Source: Prorocentrum cordatum (Eukaryota). Taken from it: DNA of 64,000 bases. The translations under genes and the position numbers were made by a program. The first letter of the stretch is position 1. The number at the start of each line of letters is the position of its first letter. The notes below the pieces were generated by a model. The model was not told the origin of the DNA. It worked only from the letters and a program-made list of their open reading frames with translations, and did no database searches. Below, piece after piece: positions 12,031-25,879 of the stretch. Location of the stretch: the NCBI GenBank assembly GCA_963575745.1, contig CAUYUJ010000003.1, forward strand, positions 558,001 to 622,000, given 5' to 3'.

Positions 12031-13899
12031 CATAACAGAGAGCAAGGGCAATGGTAAATGTCGGCACGCGCGCCCGCAGAGCCACGTGGGAGGGTTGAGA
12101 ATAGGCTGTCGTCATCGTCTGACTCCAGCTCTTCTACTAGAACGTCGGACAGTAGCTTGTGGCTTCTCCTGAGAATTTGAAGTCGTCGCCACAGTCGACG
12201 TTGCCATCTTCGACGTGTTTGGGTATCTTCTTCGGCATGATGCCAGCTTCCTTATCAATGTTTTGTTTTTCTTGTTGCTTTATCCGGGCATCGGTTGGCA
12301 AAGCTGTTCGCACGTTTGGTGCGTCCACCCATGCCGGAAAAATTGGAATGTCTGGTAGGCCCCCGTCGTCAAGACCAATCGAGAGGGGAGGACAACGATC
12401 ATCTTCGATGAACGCAACTCGTTCCTTGCGGCTTGGCGGCGCATGCCCGTGTCCGAGCGACGCTGAGGGCGCCGCGTCCCAATGCAGTCTCGTACATATG
12501 ATGCGGACTCCGTTGGTGACTGTGATTTCCACGTGTAACCGGCCGGTTGACCCTTGACTTTCATATATGTAGCCGCCTTCTTTGTGTCAAGGTCAAGTAT
12601 ATACCGGCCTAGAGTTTTGCTCTAGTGCGGTCTGCTGTCGCTGGGCTGTATGTAGCCATGTACGTTCGTATCGGTGCGAGTGAAGACTTGTAAATAGATG
12701 CGTGTTCTGTCCTTGTTTGTACCCTTGCAGAGTTGGCCATCCAGGTTTGCAGTAAGGACAGTCATTGTCTTGTTTCGCCATTCGACACGTTGCTGGTCGT
12801 GTCCGTACCAGTCCAGTTCGTGCTCCTCAATAATTTCGTGCACCATTTAGATATCTGTCTATAGGAGCCACTGGGCCTCCTGATTACACGATCGAACTTG
12901 ATGTCGGAGTGACATAGGCGCATTCGGATATCCTGAAGTTTAAAACTTTTGTGAGTTTCTTGTATTGGAGTTAGCTTCCAGAAGTATCCGGGCGTTTACG
13001 TATTTTGTCATAACGTGGCCCAGCCCGTTTGCTCAGCAACCTCGCGTACCAGTCAGCGGGCGTGGCTACCCAGAGCAGTGCGTAATATCCAGATCAGACT
13101 CCTCCGAGATATTGCGCCCCCATCGATGTCATTACCTCTGCGCGTGCGATTCGCTCGCACATGTGTCCTCGACGGCGTAGTTCGGCGGAAACCGTCCGGA
13201 TACCTTCGGTAACCAAAGCGCTGGAGCGATGTACTTCCGCGTTGGTTGTGGAGCGTGTGTCCGCGCCGTTCTTTTTGTCATGAGGCACGCGTCCGCGCCT
13301 CCGGCTCCATTGGGGCAGTAAGCAGGCTTGGCCAGAGGGCTCGCCTGCCCCCGTCAACAGCGGTCATCTAGGCGGGGTAGGACGCGCGGCGTCTCGTCAC
13401 TCGAGTACGTCCTGCCCCCGCTGGTGCCCTGCTCGGCGGCGTTGTGCGACGACGAACTAGGGTCTCCGATGTGGAAGACCTGTGGCCTGTCCTCCACAAT
13501 CAGGATAGTGCCCCAATAATCTCTGGGCGTGGCCACCTTCGACACAATGGGGCTACCTGTGAAACAGCCCCTTGCCTCCTCCAGGTGTGGATGGAGGAGG
13601 TTTGTCATTCGGTCTGGGCCCCGCTCGCCAGCTGCTTCTTTCACTTTGCGCTGGGCGCCCGCGAGCAGCATCCTGGTCATCTGAGAGCGACAGGGCGATT
13701 CAATCGATGCCAGTGGTCCGTTGTCGAGCTGTCCACAACGGTGATTGCGTCGTCCGCGGCCTGATCCATGAAGCGGTCCAACGTTTCATGATAGGACTCG
13801 CCAGTGTCCTGGCACGCCACGGAGGCCTGTCCACGGTCGGCCTCTGTTGCGCGCTGGGATGAGCTCCGAGCACTCATATGCGTGAAAATATCAGTCGCT

Positions 13900-14400
13900 G
13901 GCTCGCCATCTGTCCCGGGAGTGGCCTCCCCAAAATTTGAACATGGGATGGCCAGGTGTCCTGAGGGCAGTTTCCCCTGCATCAGAACTTGCGCGCCCTT
14001 GCCCAGCTGCGCCTTATATGTGCGCGGGCCTGGAAAGATAATGCGTTCTTTGCCCTCCTCCAGGATCAGGGTCGTTCTCATTGATTGCGTGGAGGCAAGG
14101 CCAAAGATGGCGGGCAAGTCTGAGCCAGATCCTTCTGCGATGTTGCCTACAAATGCATCCACCTATGCGGTCGGTGGTTTGTCGGCTGTTGGTAGCTGCG
14201 CTCAATCGAAAACGCCCCCAAGGCCCGGCATACGGCTGCGCCACGACCAACTCCGTTGACGTTGATCAGCCTCTCGCGGTCCATGACCTTCGACATGTGT
14301 CCATGCTGGCGGGACTGTTGGTCGAACTTTCGTGCTGCGCCAATGCCTATGATGTTGATAACCGAGCCAATGTCCACCCGCATTCTCAGTTTACCAGGGG
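13900..14400 (-). pseudogene. Copia-type aspartic protease
   Basis: MRVDIGSVINIIG (DxG), INVNGVGRGAAVC, DLPAIFGLAS..IIFPGP..LPSGHLAIPC. Confidence 0.7.
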
Positions 14401-16257
14401 TCAATGTTCTGAGCATGCCTTCTGAATGCGCCAAATGGATGCCGGCTGTGGTCGACATGGCACGCGTTTCCGTGCCCACTTGCATTCTGAGCCTCCTCTG
14501 GTGGACGATGAACTGGTTCCGCGTCAGGTTCATGGACGCAGGGCCCCAACTGGCCATGAAGGTGTTCGGTTCTTCCACCGTGGCAGGCTCACGCTCGTTC
14601 GCCCAATCGGCGTGCCATGTGGCATTGATAGGCTCGGGCAGCGCGTTCGTTTCTTCACTGGTGGCGCGGATCACGCTGCCCCGCAGCATGAAGCTGCGGA
14701 TCGCCCATGCATCGGCCTTTCTGCAGCCCCTGCCTGTCCTAAGGCTGCTTTGTTCGATGGGCAGTCCACCATCCTGCTCGTGGCCTAGCGAGGGCTTTCG
14801 TGGTGCCGTATACCCGCCTGCTGTTCGCGTTGTTCAAGGCGGTCAAGCTAGGTTGTTGGAAGGGTTCGGCGCTGCACGTGCTGCAGGCGCCCCCGCATCT
14901 GACACCTGGAGCCTCTACAACGGCCCCTGCCCTTCCCCTTGACACGTGCACCCGAGCGTTGCGGCCCCAGCATTCGGCGCGGCATTGGCGACCGCGCTGA
15001 AACCTCCACGTCTCTTCGCGCAAGGTAAAGGACTCAAGGCAAACAGCGCGCTGTGTGAAGGATATATCCGACGCCGCGGGCGTGTCGGAGCTCGGGCGCG
15101 CCCACCCTCGCCGCCGCCTCGCACGGGGGAGGCGGCGGTCCATCCCTGGAACTTTGATTGGACATCGCGGTCGGCGCGTGTCCGCGCTGAGCGTTGCGGT
15201 TGGCGATGTGTCGCGCCCGCCTCAAGTTCCGGTCACGCGCGGCCCTTCGGGCTTCTTCTGCTGCTTGCATGCGCGCATGCATCATCGCTTGGGTATCATG
15301 CAAATACCACGGCAAGGTGCTTACAGGTGGTTTAACCTCAAGCGCTGGTTGCTGCACTGTCGCGTCTGGGTCTGCAGGCGAAGGGCGATAACCCATGTGC
15401 GGATGCGTCTGCGATCCTGAGACACGCGCCGCTTGCAACCGATAGAAGTCATCCGCAATGTCCCGAGTCACTTGGTTCTGGGCCAATTGGCCCACCCTTT
15501 GTGTTACATTGGTCTCCGCGTAGTGCTCGGGGAGTAACGGATAGTCCATCTAGCGGTGACCGGGTCAGGATATCGGCGCAGCATGGCCATGCGCTGCGTG
15601 AGACCATCATTGTTTGTCGGTGCTGCGTGTAATCCATTGGGCGCGCCCACCCCTGACGCCAGGCTCGGCTCGGACCTCGGCTGACCAAGTGCCGCGGGCT
15701 CGAACCTAGTAGAGCCAGCATTTAACTGCGCCCTTGCCGGCCCGAAACTCACGGGCGGCCCTGCTGGCGCATTTCGCAGGGCATCGGCCCGCGGATCGAA
15801 CCTACCGAACACATCCGACAGAGTCGAGACGTCGTTGGATCGAGGCAACATCCATGAGGATGAGCCTGTGTCTGTTGGCAAGGCTGCCGGTGGCCAGGCA
15901 TATGTCGGCGTGGCTTCGACCGCAGCTACCCCCGCGTCCTTTAGTAGGCTGATGCGTGTCTTTTCAAGTTCCGATGACGAAAAGTCTGGGTCGAGAGCCC
16001 AACGGGACGCAGGCTCCTTGGCGGGTCCAGGTGCGAAGTGTTTCATGCCAAGATATCCCATGGGCGCGTCCACCCCAACGCCATGCGGCCTGTCGGGCTC
16101 GAACCAGCCGCCTCGGAGTTCAACGCCCATGGTTAGCGGCCAATCCCGCAGCTCATGATACTGGTCATAGAACTACCGGGGATTGTGCCAGACATGCTTC
16201 CGCTCGTCTCCAGGCTTCAGCGCGAGCTGGATGAAGCACTGGGTCGGGGTACTGCCA

Positions 16258-17012
16258 TCTAAAACCTGCATCGCCGATGCGAGGGCGTCGTCGTCGTTGC
16301 CGGCGGACGCGATCAACGCGGGCGCCATCGTTGGCCTCGCCGTCGCCATCGCCGCCATCGCCGCCATCATCGCCACTTGGATAATCGCGTCTACCGACGT
16401 CGGCGTCGCCATGATACCTCGCCCGCCCAAGTCGTCGGCCTCGCCACGATACCGATCCAGCGGTCCGCGCCACCGCTGCCGCGTGGATCGGGCCAAACTA
16501 GCGGGCCACTGCGCACGCGAGCGCGCGCGGCCGTAGAGATGCACCAGCCAACGCCATGCACTCATCGCAATCGCCGCCGCATGGGTTCTCCACGCCAAAT
16601 CGCAGGTGGGCGGGCGCGGGTCAGCACGAACACGGGAGGTGGTCACGCGCGAGGGACTGACAATGCATCTGCCCCCCACCCCCGGGATTATCCACCCCCC
16701 TTTGCGCGCAGCAATTTACATGTAATTCTCGCCCATCGCCCACCCTCAAAATTGAATCATGCCACCCCAGGCCAACCGGCATCGACCCCCCCCCCCCATC
16801 CTCTGCAACAAATGCTATGCGCGCGCTCTCGTTTATCAAAATCACCATGCCCCAAAGACCCCTTGCAAAACGTATGGCGAAATCCACGCGCGCGTGCCGT
16901 CGCGCGCGCATGTCGAAGTCAGTCAAAAACAGCGGGTTCCGCGCGGATTGCAAAACAAGGTATCCAACACACACGCGCATAAAAAACATAGGGTGTCGCA
17001 GTGCTGTTATAT

Positions 17013-17065
<53 letters not shown>

Positions 17066-18275
17066 TATATACATATATAGATATGTGCACCTATGAGTGT
17101 GTGACTATATATATATATACACACACGAGGCTGCAGTGGCGCTTCGCGCCATGGACCTTGGCCCTTGAAGATTGGCACGCAGGCGGAAATGGCTGGGTGG
17201 TCAAGCGGACAATTTAGCGATAACTCCTTGCTACCTTCTCTGGCATCGCCATTATAAGAATGTTGTTGGTCATCCTTCCTCCATGCTTGCTGTTCCTCAT
17301 TCTCGCCATGCCCTGGGCATTCTCCCCGTCCTCCTCCGCTCTTTTTTGGGGGCTCCTCCTTGGGGGGCCTCCGGGGGCCTCGCCAAAGTCCCCCGGCTGT
17401 CTCAAAGCCTTCTGGAGGCCTCCTGGGCGTGTTCCGGGGGCCCCTGGGGCGGCCCAAGGCCAACCTGCGTCTAACCGCGGCCCCCCTGACCGCCCGGGTC
17501 ACGATTTGGAATGCGTCGGAGGGTGTCTTGGGGCCATCTTGAGCCGCCATGGGGCTCTCCCAGGGCCATTCTGGACCCCTGCTGAACCGTTTTGGGGTTC
17601 TCTTGGACTGCCTGGAAACCCTTTCGGATGGTTGCGGGTCGATTTTGGGCCACCCCATGCGACTTCGGCCCCCCGGAAGACGGCTGTCCTGGAACGTCGG
17701 GAAGCCGAAATGAGGAGAATCCCAAATTCACAAAAACAAAAAAAAACCTATATTAAATCTACTATTCTCCCTCTTGGGGCCTACTCGGGGGTGCTCTCGG
17801 AGGCCTCTTGGTACGTTTTGGAGCGATCTTTCGGGGTATGACGGCTCCTAGGGACGCTCTTGCGCTGTCTTGGGGTTCTCTGGGGCGTCTCCGATGACCC
17901 CCCTGATCGCCCTAGGTGCGCTGCGAAGGAACGGCAAAACGCCCGGCGAGGCCCTGGGGGCCGCTTCGAGGCCCGTCCGGAGGGCCCCAGCGCCCCAGTT
18001 TTTTTTTGTTGTGCGTGGTGGTGGTGGTGGTGGTGGTGGTGTGGTGGTGGTGGTGGTGGTGGTGGGTGTGTGGGTGGGGTGGTGGTGGGGTGGTGGGTGG
18101 TGGGTGGTGGGTGGTGGGTGGTGGGTGGGTGGTGGGTGGGGTGGTGGGTGGTGGGTGGTGGGTGGTGGGTGGTGGGTGGTGGGGTGGTGGTGGGTGTGGT
18201 GTGGTGGGTGTGTGTGTGGTGTGTGGTGTGTGGTGTGTGTGTGTGTGTGTGTGTTGTGTGTGTGTGTGTGTGTGT

Positions 18276-18331
<56 letters not shown>

Positions 18332-20220
18332 TGTGTGTGTGTGTGTGTGTGTGCGTGTGCGTGTGCGTGTGCGTGTGCGTGTGTGTGTGTGTGTGGTGCG
18401 TGTGTGTGCGTGCGGGGGGGGGGGGGGGGGGGGGCGGGGGGGGGGTTTCCCGCCCGCCCAGGCCTGTAAAAATATTGGAAGAGGAATATGTGTAGATATA
18501 TACATATATATAAACATACATACATACATACAAACAAACATACATATATGTATATACATAGAAATCATGCGCACGCGCTCTTGCGAATCCATTAGAAACC
18601 ATCGATTGCTCAACATGTTCATGAGATGCGACCGAACGGGCCCTGCGCGAGCACGTCGGAATCGTTCGACCGCCCTTGCCCACGCGCTGTCGCGAGAACG
18701 AATTTTGCAGCGAGATAAAACGAAGTGCACGCGCGCGCGTCGGCGCGCGCGCAAGTCGAGATCCTTGAAACAAGCCGTAGGATTCGCAAGGATTTCAAAA
18801 TCGAGTGCCCCGAAGCCATATGAAAACATATGGCTTCGAAACATCAGTTTTCACATGCGCTCGAATTCTTGCGAGCCCTTGAGAAACCATGGTTGGTTCA
18901 ACATTTTCATGAAATTATGCCAAACGGGCCTCTCGCGAGGCGCGCCCGAATCTGCCGAGCGCCCTCGGGCGCGCGCGGGGGGGGGGGAGGGGCGAGAGCC
19001 GTGTGAATAATGCCACGCAGCCCACTCTCGCGCGTCGGCCGCGCGCGCGCGTCGAACTCCCCCCCTCGAAACCGCCGTCGCCGACGCGAGGGCGCCGTCG
19101 TCGTCGCCGGCGCGATCGGCATCGGCGCCGTCGCTGGCCGCGCCGTCGTCGTTGTCAACATCGCCGCCAGCGTCGCTGCTATCATCGTCGCGTCGGGGGC
19201 GTCGACAGCTTCAAGTTGAACATAGGTGAATTGCACCGCGTGGATTGCCCCGCGTAGAAGCAGCGCCTGTATTGCGCGGTTTTGTCGTTCGCGCGCGCGG
19301 TGCTCACTTTGGACTCGCAACATAAACGCTCCATTCTAAAAGATAGACCCTCCGGACTCGACGGCACCCCTTCGCGAATTGCGTTTCATGCGTATTCTGC
19401 GCACTCGCCAACTCCAACTATAAAATAACACCGCCCCAACTAACCCAGCACCCCCCCCGCCTTTCGCGCGGAATTATTACGCGCGCGCACCCGCTGATCA
19501 AAATTCATCAGTTTTCAAAAATCCCTGGCAACAGATGGGGCGAAGCGCACGCGCGCGCGTCGCCGCGCCCGCGCGCCGAAATCTTGCAAAAACATGTGTC
19601 CCCATGAAGAATTCATATTCGGGCGCCGCGACACGCGTGGGAATGTAAAATTTCGCAGCGAGAAATTCCACACCAACATTAAAGCTTCCGCCCGTGCTTT
19701 TGCGGATTGTTGTTTGGAATAACATGATGCGTTGTTGCGACGCTTGTTTTCCTTAAAATTCCAATGACATGCGACCGACCGGGCTTCTCGCGCGCGCGCG
19801 TCGAGATCGTCCGATCGCCCTCGCGCGCGCGTTGTCGTGGAAATCCCCCGCGACAAACGGGGCGAAGCGCACGCGCGCGCGCCGTCGCGCGCGCGCCCAA
19901 AACCTTCAAAAACCTTGAGATGCGCAAGGAATTCACAATCGACTGCCCCGAACACACACGAAAACGCACGGCTTTGCAACATCAGCTGTCAACCAAAGAA
20001 AACCCACGCACGCGATCCTGCAGTCTTTCCGGCCCGGCAAAAGTCGTCTAGGGCAGCAGGTTAAAACGTGTTTATTCAACTCGGCCGCGCGGGCCTCTGG
20101 CGCAGCACCGCGATAATCTGTTCCGCTCTATTTAGATAGGCGATCTAAATACTTCCGATCTATTTGGACCTCTACGATCTAAATAAACATTTCCAGTTTT
20201 CGGATCTGAATATATAGGTC
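16258..20220 (+). repeat. Same ~1.25-kb repeat family, interrupted by a ~1.55-kb TA/TG-microsatellite-rich insert (17007-18560)
   Basis: The marker occurs at ~16261 and ~19068. The spacing equals one unit plus the insert. Confidence 0.75.
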
Positions 20221-20995
20221 CTTTGTTCGCGTATTAAATCGACGCCCCTGAATTCAACGTCGCTTTTGAGGGGCCATCCAAAAAAAAAACAACCACTCCT
20301 AACATCGGCCCAACGCGAGTCGCAGAAAAGTCGAAACCGCATTCAACTTGATTTCTGAAGAAAAAAACAAGATTGCCGCTGACATCGGCCCAACATGCGA
20401 GGAAAAGGATGGCGGCGAGGGAGGCGAGGGAGACGAGGGAGCGAGGTAGGGCGGGAAGGAAGGGCGCGCCAACATCTAAATAAAATACGCAGCACCCCGC
20501 AGTTGCGGATAAGAGTGAGGGGGCGGGCGCGGGCGACGCGGGCGTCGTCGAGCCGGCGGACCTCGTGGCCCCCGCCTTCCCTGTCGATGGCGCTCTCCCC
20601 CTCCTCCTCCTCCTCCTCCTCCTCCTCCCCCTCCTCCTCCTCCTCCTCTTCCTCGTCCTCGTCCTCGTCCTCGTCGTCGTCGTCATCGTCGGCCTCTTCC
20701 TCCACCTCGCCCTCCTCCCCCTCTTCTCCCTCGCCCTCCCTCCCCCCCCCTCATCCTTCCATCGTCGCCCTCCCATTGTCGCCGTGTTCCTCCTCGTCGT
20801 CCCCCTCCTCCCCCCCCCCTCCCGATCCCCCCCTCCTCCTTTTCGTCGTCGTCGTCGCGCCCCCTTCCTCCTCCTCCCCCTCCTCCTCCTCCTCCTCCCC
20901 CTCCTCCTCCTCGTCCTCCTCTTTTCCCTCCTCTTCCTCCGCCTTCTCCCCCCCCCCCCCCCACCCCCCCCCCCCCCCCCCCCCCCCCCCGTCCG

Positions 20996-21044
<49 letters not shown>

Positions 21045-21542
21045 ACCTGTCTCTCTTCGGAGCCAGGCCAAACCGGCATCCCAGCGTCCAGCGCCCCTTC
21101 TCCTCCTCCTCCTCCTCCTCCTCCTCCTCCTCCTCCTCCTCCTCCTCCTCCTCCTCATCCAGCTGCCCCAGTGCCCCTCCTTCTCGTCGCCCCCTGCCGC
21201 CTCCCCCTCCTTTTCTTCGCCCTCGTCCCCGGCCCCGCGTTCGCCCTCGCGCTCGTCGTCGTCCTCCTCCTCCTCCCCCTGCTCGCCCCCCCCCCCCCGC
21301 CGCCGCGGAGCGCGCGCGCGCGCCGTGGTGGTGGGGGGGGGGGGGGGCGGCGCGGCGGCGGCGACGGCGACGGCGACGACGGCAGCGGCGACGGCGACGG
21401 CGACGGCGGCGACCGCGAAGGCGGCGGCGGCGGCGGGGGCAACGACGGCGACGACGAAAACGACGACGACGACGACGACGAACGCATGCGACAATGACGA
21501 CGACGACGACGACGACGACGACGAGGCAACTCGCCAGGGCAA

Positions 21543-21783
21543 TGTTGACGGAGGGTCCGCCTCTTCTGTTTTGATATCTGTCTTATCTTCCGAGTGGACT
21601 TTGCCTGAATCAACAGCTGCGATGTCGAACGAATGAATGCAACGAGGTAGATGAGGGATGTATGTTCTCAGGTCTATGCCGCAGTGGTCACGCTGCCAGT
21701 CCTCGAAGCGGCGCTTCTTGGCACGGCGTGCCTCTTCCTCGCCCTTGCGAGGCCCACGATCCCCCTTCTTACCAGTCGTGGTG

Positions 21784-21816
<33 letters not shown>

Positions 21817-22343
21817 TATATATGCAAAGGTTACCAGTGTGGCCAGTGAGTCTAAAGCGAGCGGAGCTCGCGCGCTAGCTCGGCTGGCTTGCCCGCCAGG
21901 CCTTGAGCCTTGAGCCAACATAGGCACGGATGGCAAGCGCGAGCGTTACTTACCGCATGCCGAGCAACTACTATATTATACAGAGCCTCCAGAGAGGCCC
22001 CAAACATAGTTAAAGCGCAGTTACCTTCATAGTGCACTTTGTGCACGTCTCCGAGAGCTTGCGCCGCAGCGGTTGCTCTCTGTCTCTCCCTGCGGCGGTT
22101 GACGACGCGCAGCTGTTGGCACGAGGCCTCCAGCACTCGGAATCAGAGAGCGGGCGGTCCAGAGTCTAGGAACACCCCCTATATAAATAAACTATACAAC
22201 GCGGTCCGGTATAAATCGGACATACAAGTCGGGCATTGTGCAACAAGTGCTCTGCGACATGCCATTTCTCTCTTCTCTGATGCTACTCTGCAGCGCGCGA
22301 AGTAGACGGGGGTCCAAAGTCGGGATCCCACGGGTCCTTCACA
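21543..22343 (-). repeat. 3' LTR of the Gypsy element (801 bp)
   Basis: Direct repeat of 33154-33933. It contains a (TACA)n(TA)n expansion at ~21785-21822 that is absent from the other LTR, and is preceded on minus by a G-rich PPT-like stretch GCGGGGACGGGCG. Confidence 0.95.
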
Positions 22344-22986
22344 ACGCCCGTCCCCGCGTCGTTTCATGACCACGCCTGCGCACTACGGACAGCAAAAGGG
22401 CAGTCAGCTGCTGCGGAGAGGTTCGCCCGGCGTGCCCGCCAAGAGCTCGCTGCAATCCGGCGCGCCCGCCGGGAGCTCAACGGGCCCCGGCGCGCCCGCC
22501 AGGAACTCTCTGCTACCCGGCGCGCCCGCCAGAAGCTTGCTGGAACGGGCGCGCCCGCCAGGCCCAGGCTCGCTCAGCGCAGCCAGCGGTAGTTGGTCTG
22601 CGCGAGGTCCATAAGCGCAGGCCCGGCGTCTGCAGGAGCGTCGTCCCAGCGAAAGTAGACACGCCCATCCACGCACTGGTTGACCATGGTCCCGCTCCGG
22701 CCATGGATCTGCGCGCGCGTCCGCGTCTCGCCGTCTGGCACTGACAGCAGCAGCGCTTCGATTGGAACCTACCTATCGGCACTGACCGGGCTGTGGAACC
22801 CCAAATCAGACCGCTTGCCTGTAGCCGCGTCTGCCACGACGTATGCGCGAGCATCGCCCTCTCGTCGGAGAACCTCCACGATCTGGTACAAATGATCATG
22901 GTGTTTCGTCTTATCCCGGCTCTGCTGAGAAGCTGGCCTCGCAATCAGAATAGTCCCCCACTCTTAAGAAATCTCCTCTGCCGTGT

Positions 22987-23800
22987 TCACGGAGTTGAAG
23001 CTCTCGTTGGCGGGGGCGAACTATATCGCGCTGCTGCAAGGCGAACTTGCGAACGTTCTGCACGTGTTCCACCAACTTCTTCACGCAGTCGGTGATGGGA
23101 ATCTGCTTCACAAATGCCGGCGTGGACAAGGTCGACCCCAAAAGCATCCTCGGCTTCATGCCTGCGATGATTTCGTAAGGGGGTGCACTGGGCGTTGTAG
23201 ATTTTCGCACTCGTGAGGGCAGACCGCTGGGAGATTGGTGCAACCGTATCCCAGTCTCTTCGTTCCCTCATGAATGCTCGTGCCAACGTGTTGTACTCCC
23301 TGTGTGGCCTCTCCACAGCAGACTGAGATTTTGCGTGAAAAGATGTTCCCAGACTCTGCTCGATGCCAAATGTCTTTGCCAAGTCCTTAACGATTGAATG
23401 GACGAAAGCTTGCCCCTGGCCGCTGCTGATTATGACCGGTATCCCGGCCAAGTCCATGATCACCCGCTCCGCCAATGTTCTGGCGGCCGTCTCGCTGGTG
23501 TCGTCCTGCGCAGGAATTGCCCAGTACCAACCAATGAAATTGCACACAGCCGTGCACAAATACAGGTGGCCTGTCGCTGTCAGAGGGTTCTGCGGCCCAA
23601 CGTAATCGATGGTCAGGAAGATCGTTGTCGCGAGATCGTCGGGGGCCAGATACCAAAGGCGAATTCTTATTCACCCGGCACGCCCAACAATTCCGAACGA
23701 CAGCGTTCACGTCACTCGACATATGCTGCCACCAGAGACCGCTGTCCAATATCATTGATAATGTTAGGTCCCCGTATCTGCGTGCCCCAGTGATCGCGCA
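22987..23800 (-). pseudogene. Gypsy integrase (HHCC zinc finger and DDE core, frameshifted)
   Basis: LGHADTGT..LWWQHMSSDVNAVVRNCWAC; core YWAIPAQDDTSETAARTL..GIPVIISSGQGQAF..FGIEQSLGTSFHAKSQSAVERPHRE. Confidence 0.9.
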
Positions 23801-25620
23801 GTGATCCGCAAGACAAACATATCGTCACAAAGACAGTCGACGCTCCGCCCCCTGAAATTCCACGGCGCGCCAAGCTCCCAGTGGAACAACAATGTGCCAC
23901 TCGTGGGTCCCAGAAGGCATATGGAACGCCAACCCTTGGAGCAATCCCCCGTAAACCGACACAGCCCAAGAACGCCGCGAACTTGATGAGGGCCCTTCAG
24001 ATCCAAGCCACTCCTCTTCGACAACTGGCGGAGTGCATTCTCGTCGATGTCGTTCGGCTCGCCGGTGATGTTTACATAGTCGATGCCCCCGCTGGCGCTC
24101 TGGCCGGGGCCCAGAAACAGCGTGGCGCCGTAGAGGCTGTAAACGTCGAGGTGCGATGTCGCGCACGTCGTTGCTGCCGCGCCACCAACCTCATACTTCT
24201 CCAACGTCAGGTTTTCGTCGGCGCCCCAGCAGAGGGCCACGCGAAAGCTGACGTCGCCCCACGTGGCCCCGCCAGTAGGGGGCACTCGGCATCGCCTGGG
24301 CCTTCGGGCCACGACCGCATCCAGCAGAGTAAGACAAGCATGCGGCTGAAGAGATTCAAGCTCGTCTTGTGAGAGCGCCCGCGCATCAGCACACAACGAA
24401 GCCTTAACGCGGACCTCACCCATCAAGGTGTTGTCACCGATCGGGTGCCACAGCGGCAGGGTGGACCCATCCGAGCCCTCGCCTTCGACCAGCCCGGCCA
24501 GAAAGAATAGGGGCAAAGCCCGTGCCCTCGCGTCTGGCCCGCTTTTGCACGTGGTCAACATTTTGCCCCTGTCACCCGCGAGCGCTGTCAAGGCTCCGCT
24601 GAATCCGACGATCCGCAAAGACGACAGCACTGGAAACCCCAGCCTCTCGAGCGCCTCCCGGTGATCACCGAAAACTTCGCCGTCCTCGCAGGTATACTCG
24701 ACGACCGCGTTGGCATTCCGAAAGACAACGCGCTGGCCCGGCTCGAAAATCACGATGCGTCATTCGCCTTGCAGCCAAGCGTCGCCTACATGATACTCGC
24801 CAGCGGTGCCGGATTCCAACTCCCACATCAAGAGACCGGTGCACTTGCAGGCGGACACGTCGAGCTGCTTGATGTCCCTGTACGCGGTGACGGCCCTGCT
24901 TGACTTCTGGTCCGCCCAATTGTCTCCTGACCAGAAATATCGCATAGCCAGGTTCAACAATTTCCCCTAGGTCTCCGATGGCTCCAGAAGGACTCCGGCC
25001 CGGTAACCGAAAAGGCGGCCAGACCGCAAACCGTCGCGCGCGTCGGCGGACTCGGTGAGGGCCTCGGCGTACTTCTCCACCTCGTCGCGCAAATCGTATA
25101 AGATCTCATCGCGACTCGCCCGTAGCCGCCCTGTCGAACCACCCGCGCAGGTAAGGATCTCGGGGTGCAACAGCTCCTGCTCGCCGACTGGGTGTCCAAG
25201 GCAACGGCGACGAGCAAGTCCAGGCTCTTCGCGCACCGCAATGGCGCCCCAACAATGGACGTCCCCGGGGGCAAATGTCACGAAATCGGGGCGCCGCGTC
25301 GCGAGAGAGCTCGCGCAGTCGACGTCCCAGACCTCGAACTCGTTCCGTGCGCCCCCGTGGTGCCCCGTAGGCTTCGCGATCCCAGGGCCGAACCTGCCGA
25401 GTCCACTACCTTCGCGCGTAGCCGCATAAGCGGTGAAAAAAAATCCGGCTGCTCTGCCTTTCCCCGAGATCTCCCGGCGGTGTTCCCCGTAAGCAATAAA
25501 ACGCATCGTCTGCTTTACTACGCCGCCGCGAATGTCGAAAACAGGATCTCGAAAATGAACGGCGTAGAACTCGCTGCCGTCCCGCGCGTACATATATGTA
25601 ACCTTCGTCGCCGGGATCTT
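23764..25620 (-). pseudogene. Unknown ~600-aa cargo region in pol, possibly tandem ASCH/PUA-like domains
   Basis: ORFs 24967-26226, 24760-24960 and 23764-24753 share one frame and are separated by single stops. The sequence is complex, not low-complexity. ASCH-reminiscent segments: HFRDPVFDIRGGVVKQTMR; FEPGQRVVF..FGDHREALERLGFPVL; GGIDYVNIT..VRGVLGLCRF..HWELGAPWNF. Confidence 0.35.
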
Positions 25621-25879
25621 TTGGACGGCGAGGTGTTCGCGCTGGCGTGCGTAGATCTCGTCCTCGTCGGCGCCCCGGTAGCGTTCTGCTCCGCGCGTGG
25701 GCGCCGCCCGTCTGGAGACGTCGAGCTCGCCAGCGGCCGCGCCCAAGGGCCAATCCGGATGCGTGCCGTCGAGCGCGCTGCGCCGCACCACCTGGACGTC
25801 CTGCTTCTGGCGGCGGCAGGGCGCGAGCGCGGCGCGGAGAGCGGTCAAGAACTCCGGGGCCTTAGCGAGGCACGCGGCG

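Larger units (their letters stand above)
8200..16200 (-). mobile_element. Decayed Ty1/Copia-like LTR retrotransposon with DNMT-like domain; boundaries approximate, integrase and 5' LTR not recognisable
   Basis: On minus, in order: protease (~13.9-14.4 kb), DNMT-like (~11.5-12.0 kb), Copia-type RT (~10.0-10.66 kb), Copia RNase H (~9.0-9.7 kb), then non-coding ~8.2-8.9 kb (putative 3' LTR). Many stops and frameshifts. Confidence 0.75.

Noticed and set aside
16185..16257. TGGCAGTACCCCG / TGGCACAATCCCC as a PBS for the Copia-like element
   Set aside because: No adjacent LTR and no tRNA 3' end that I recognise.
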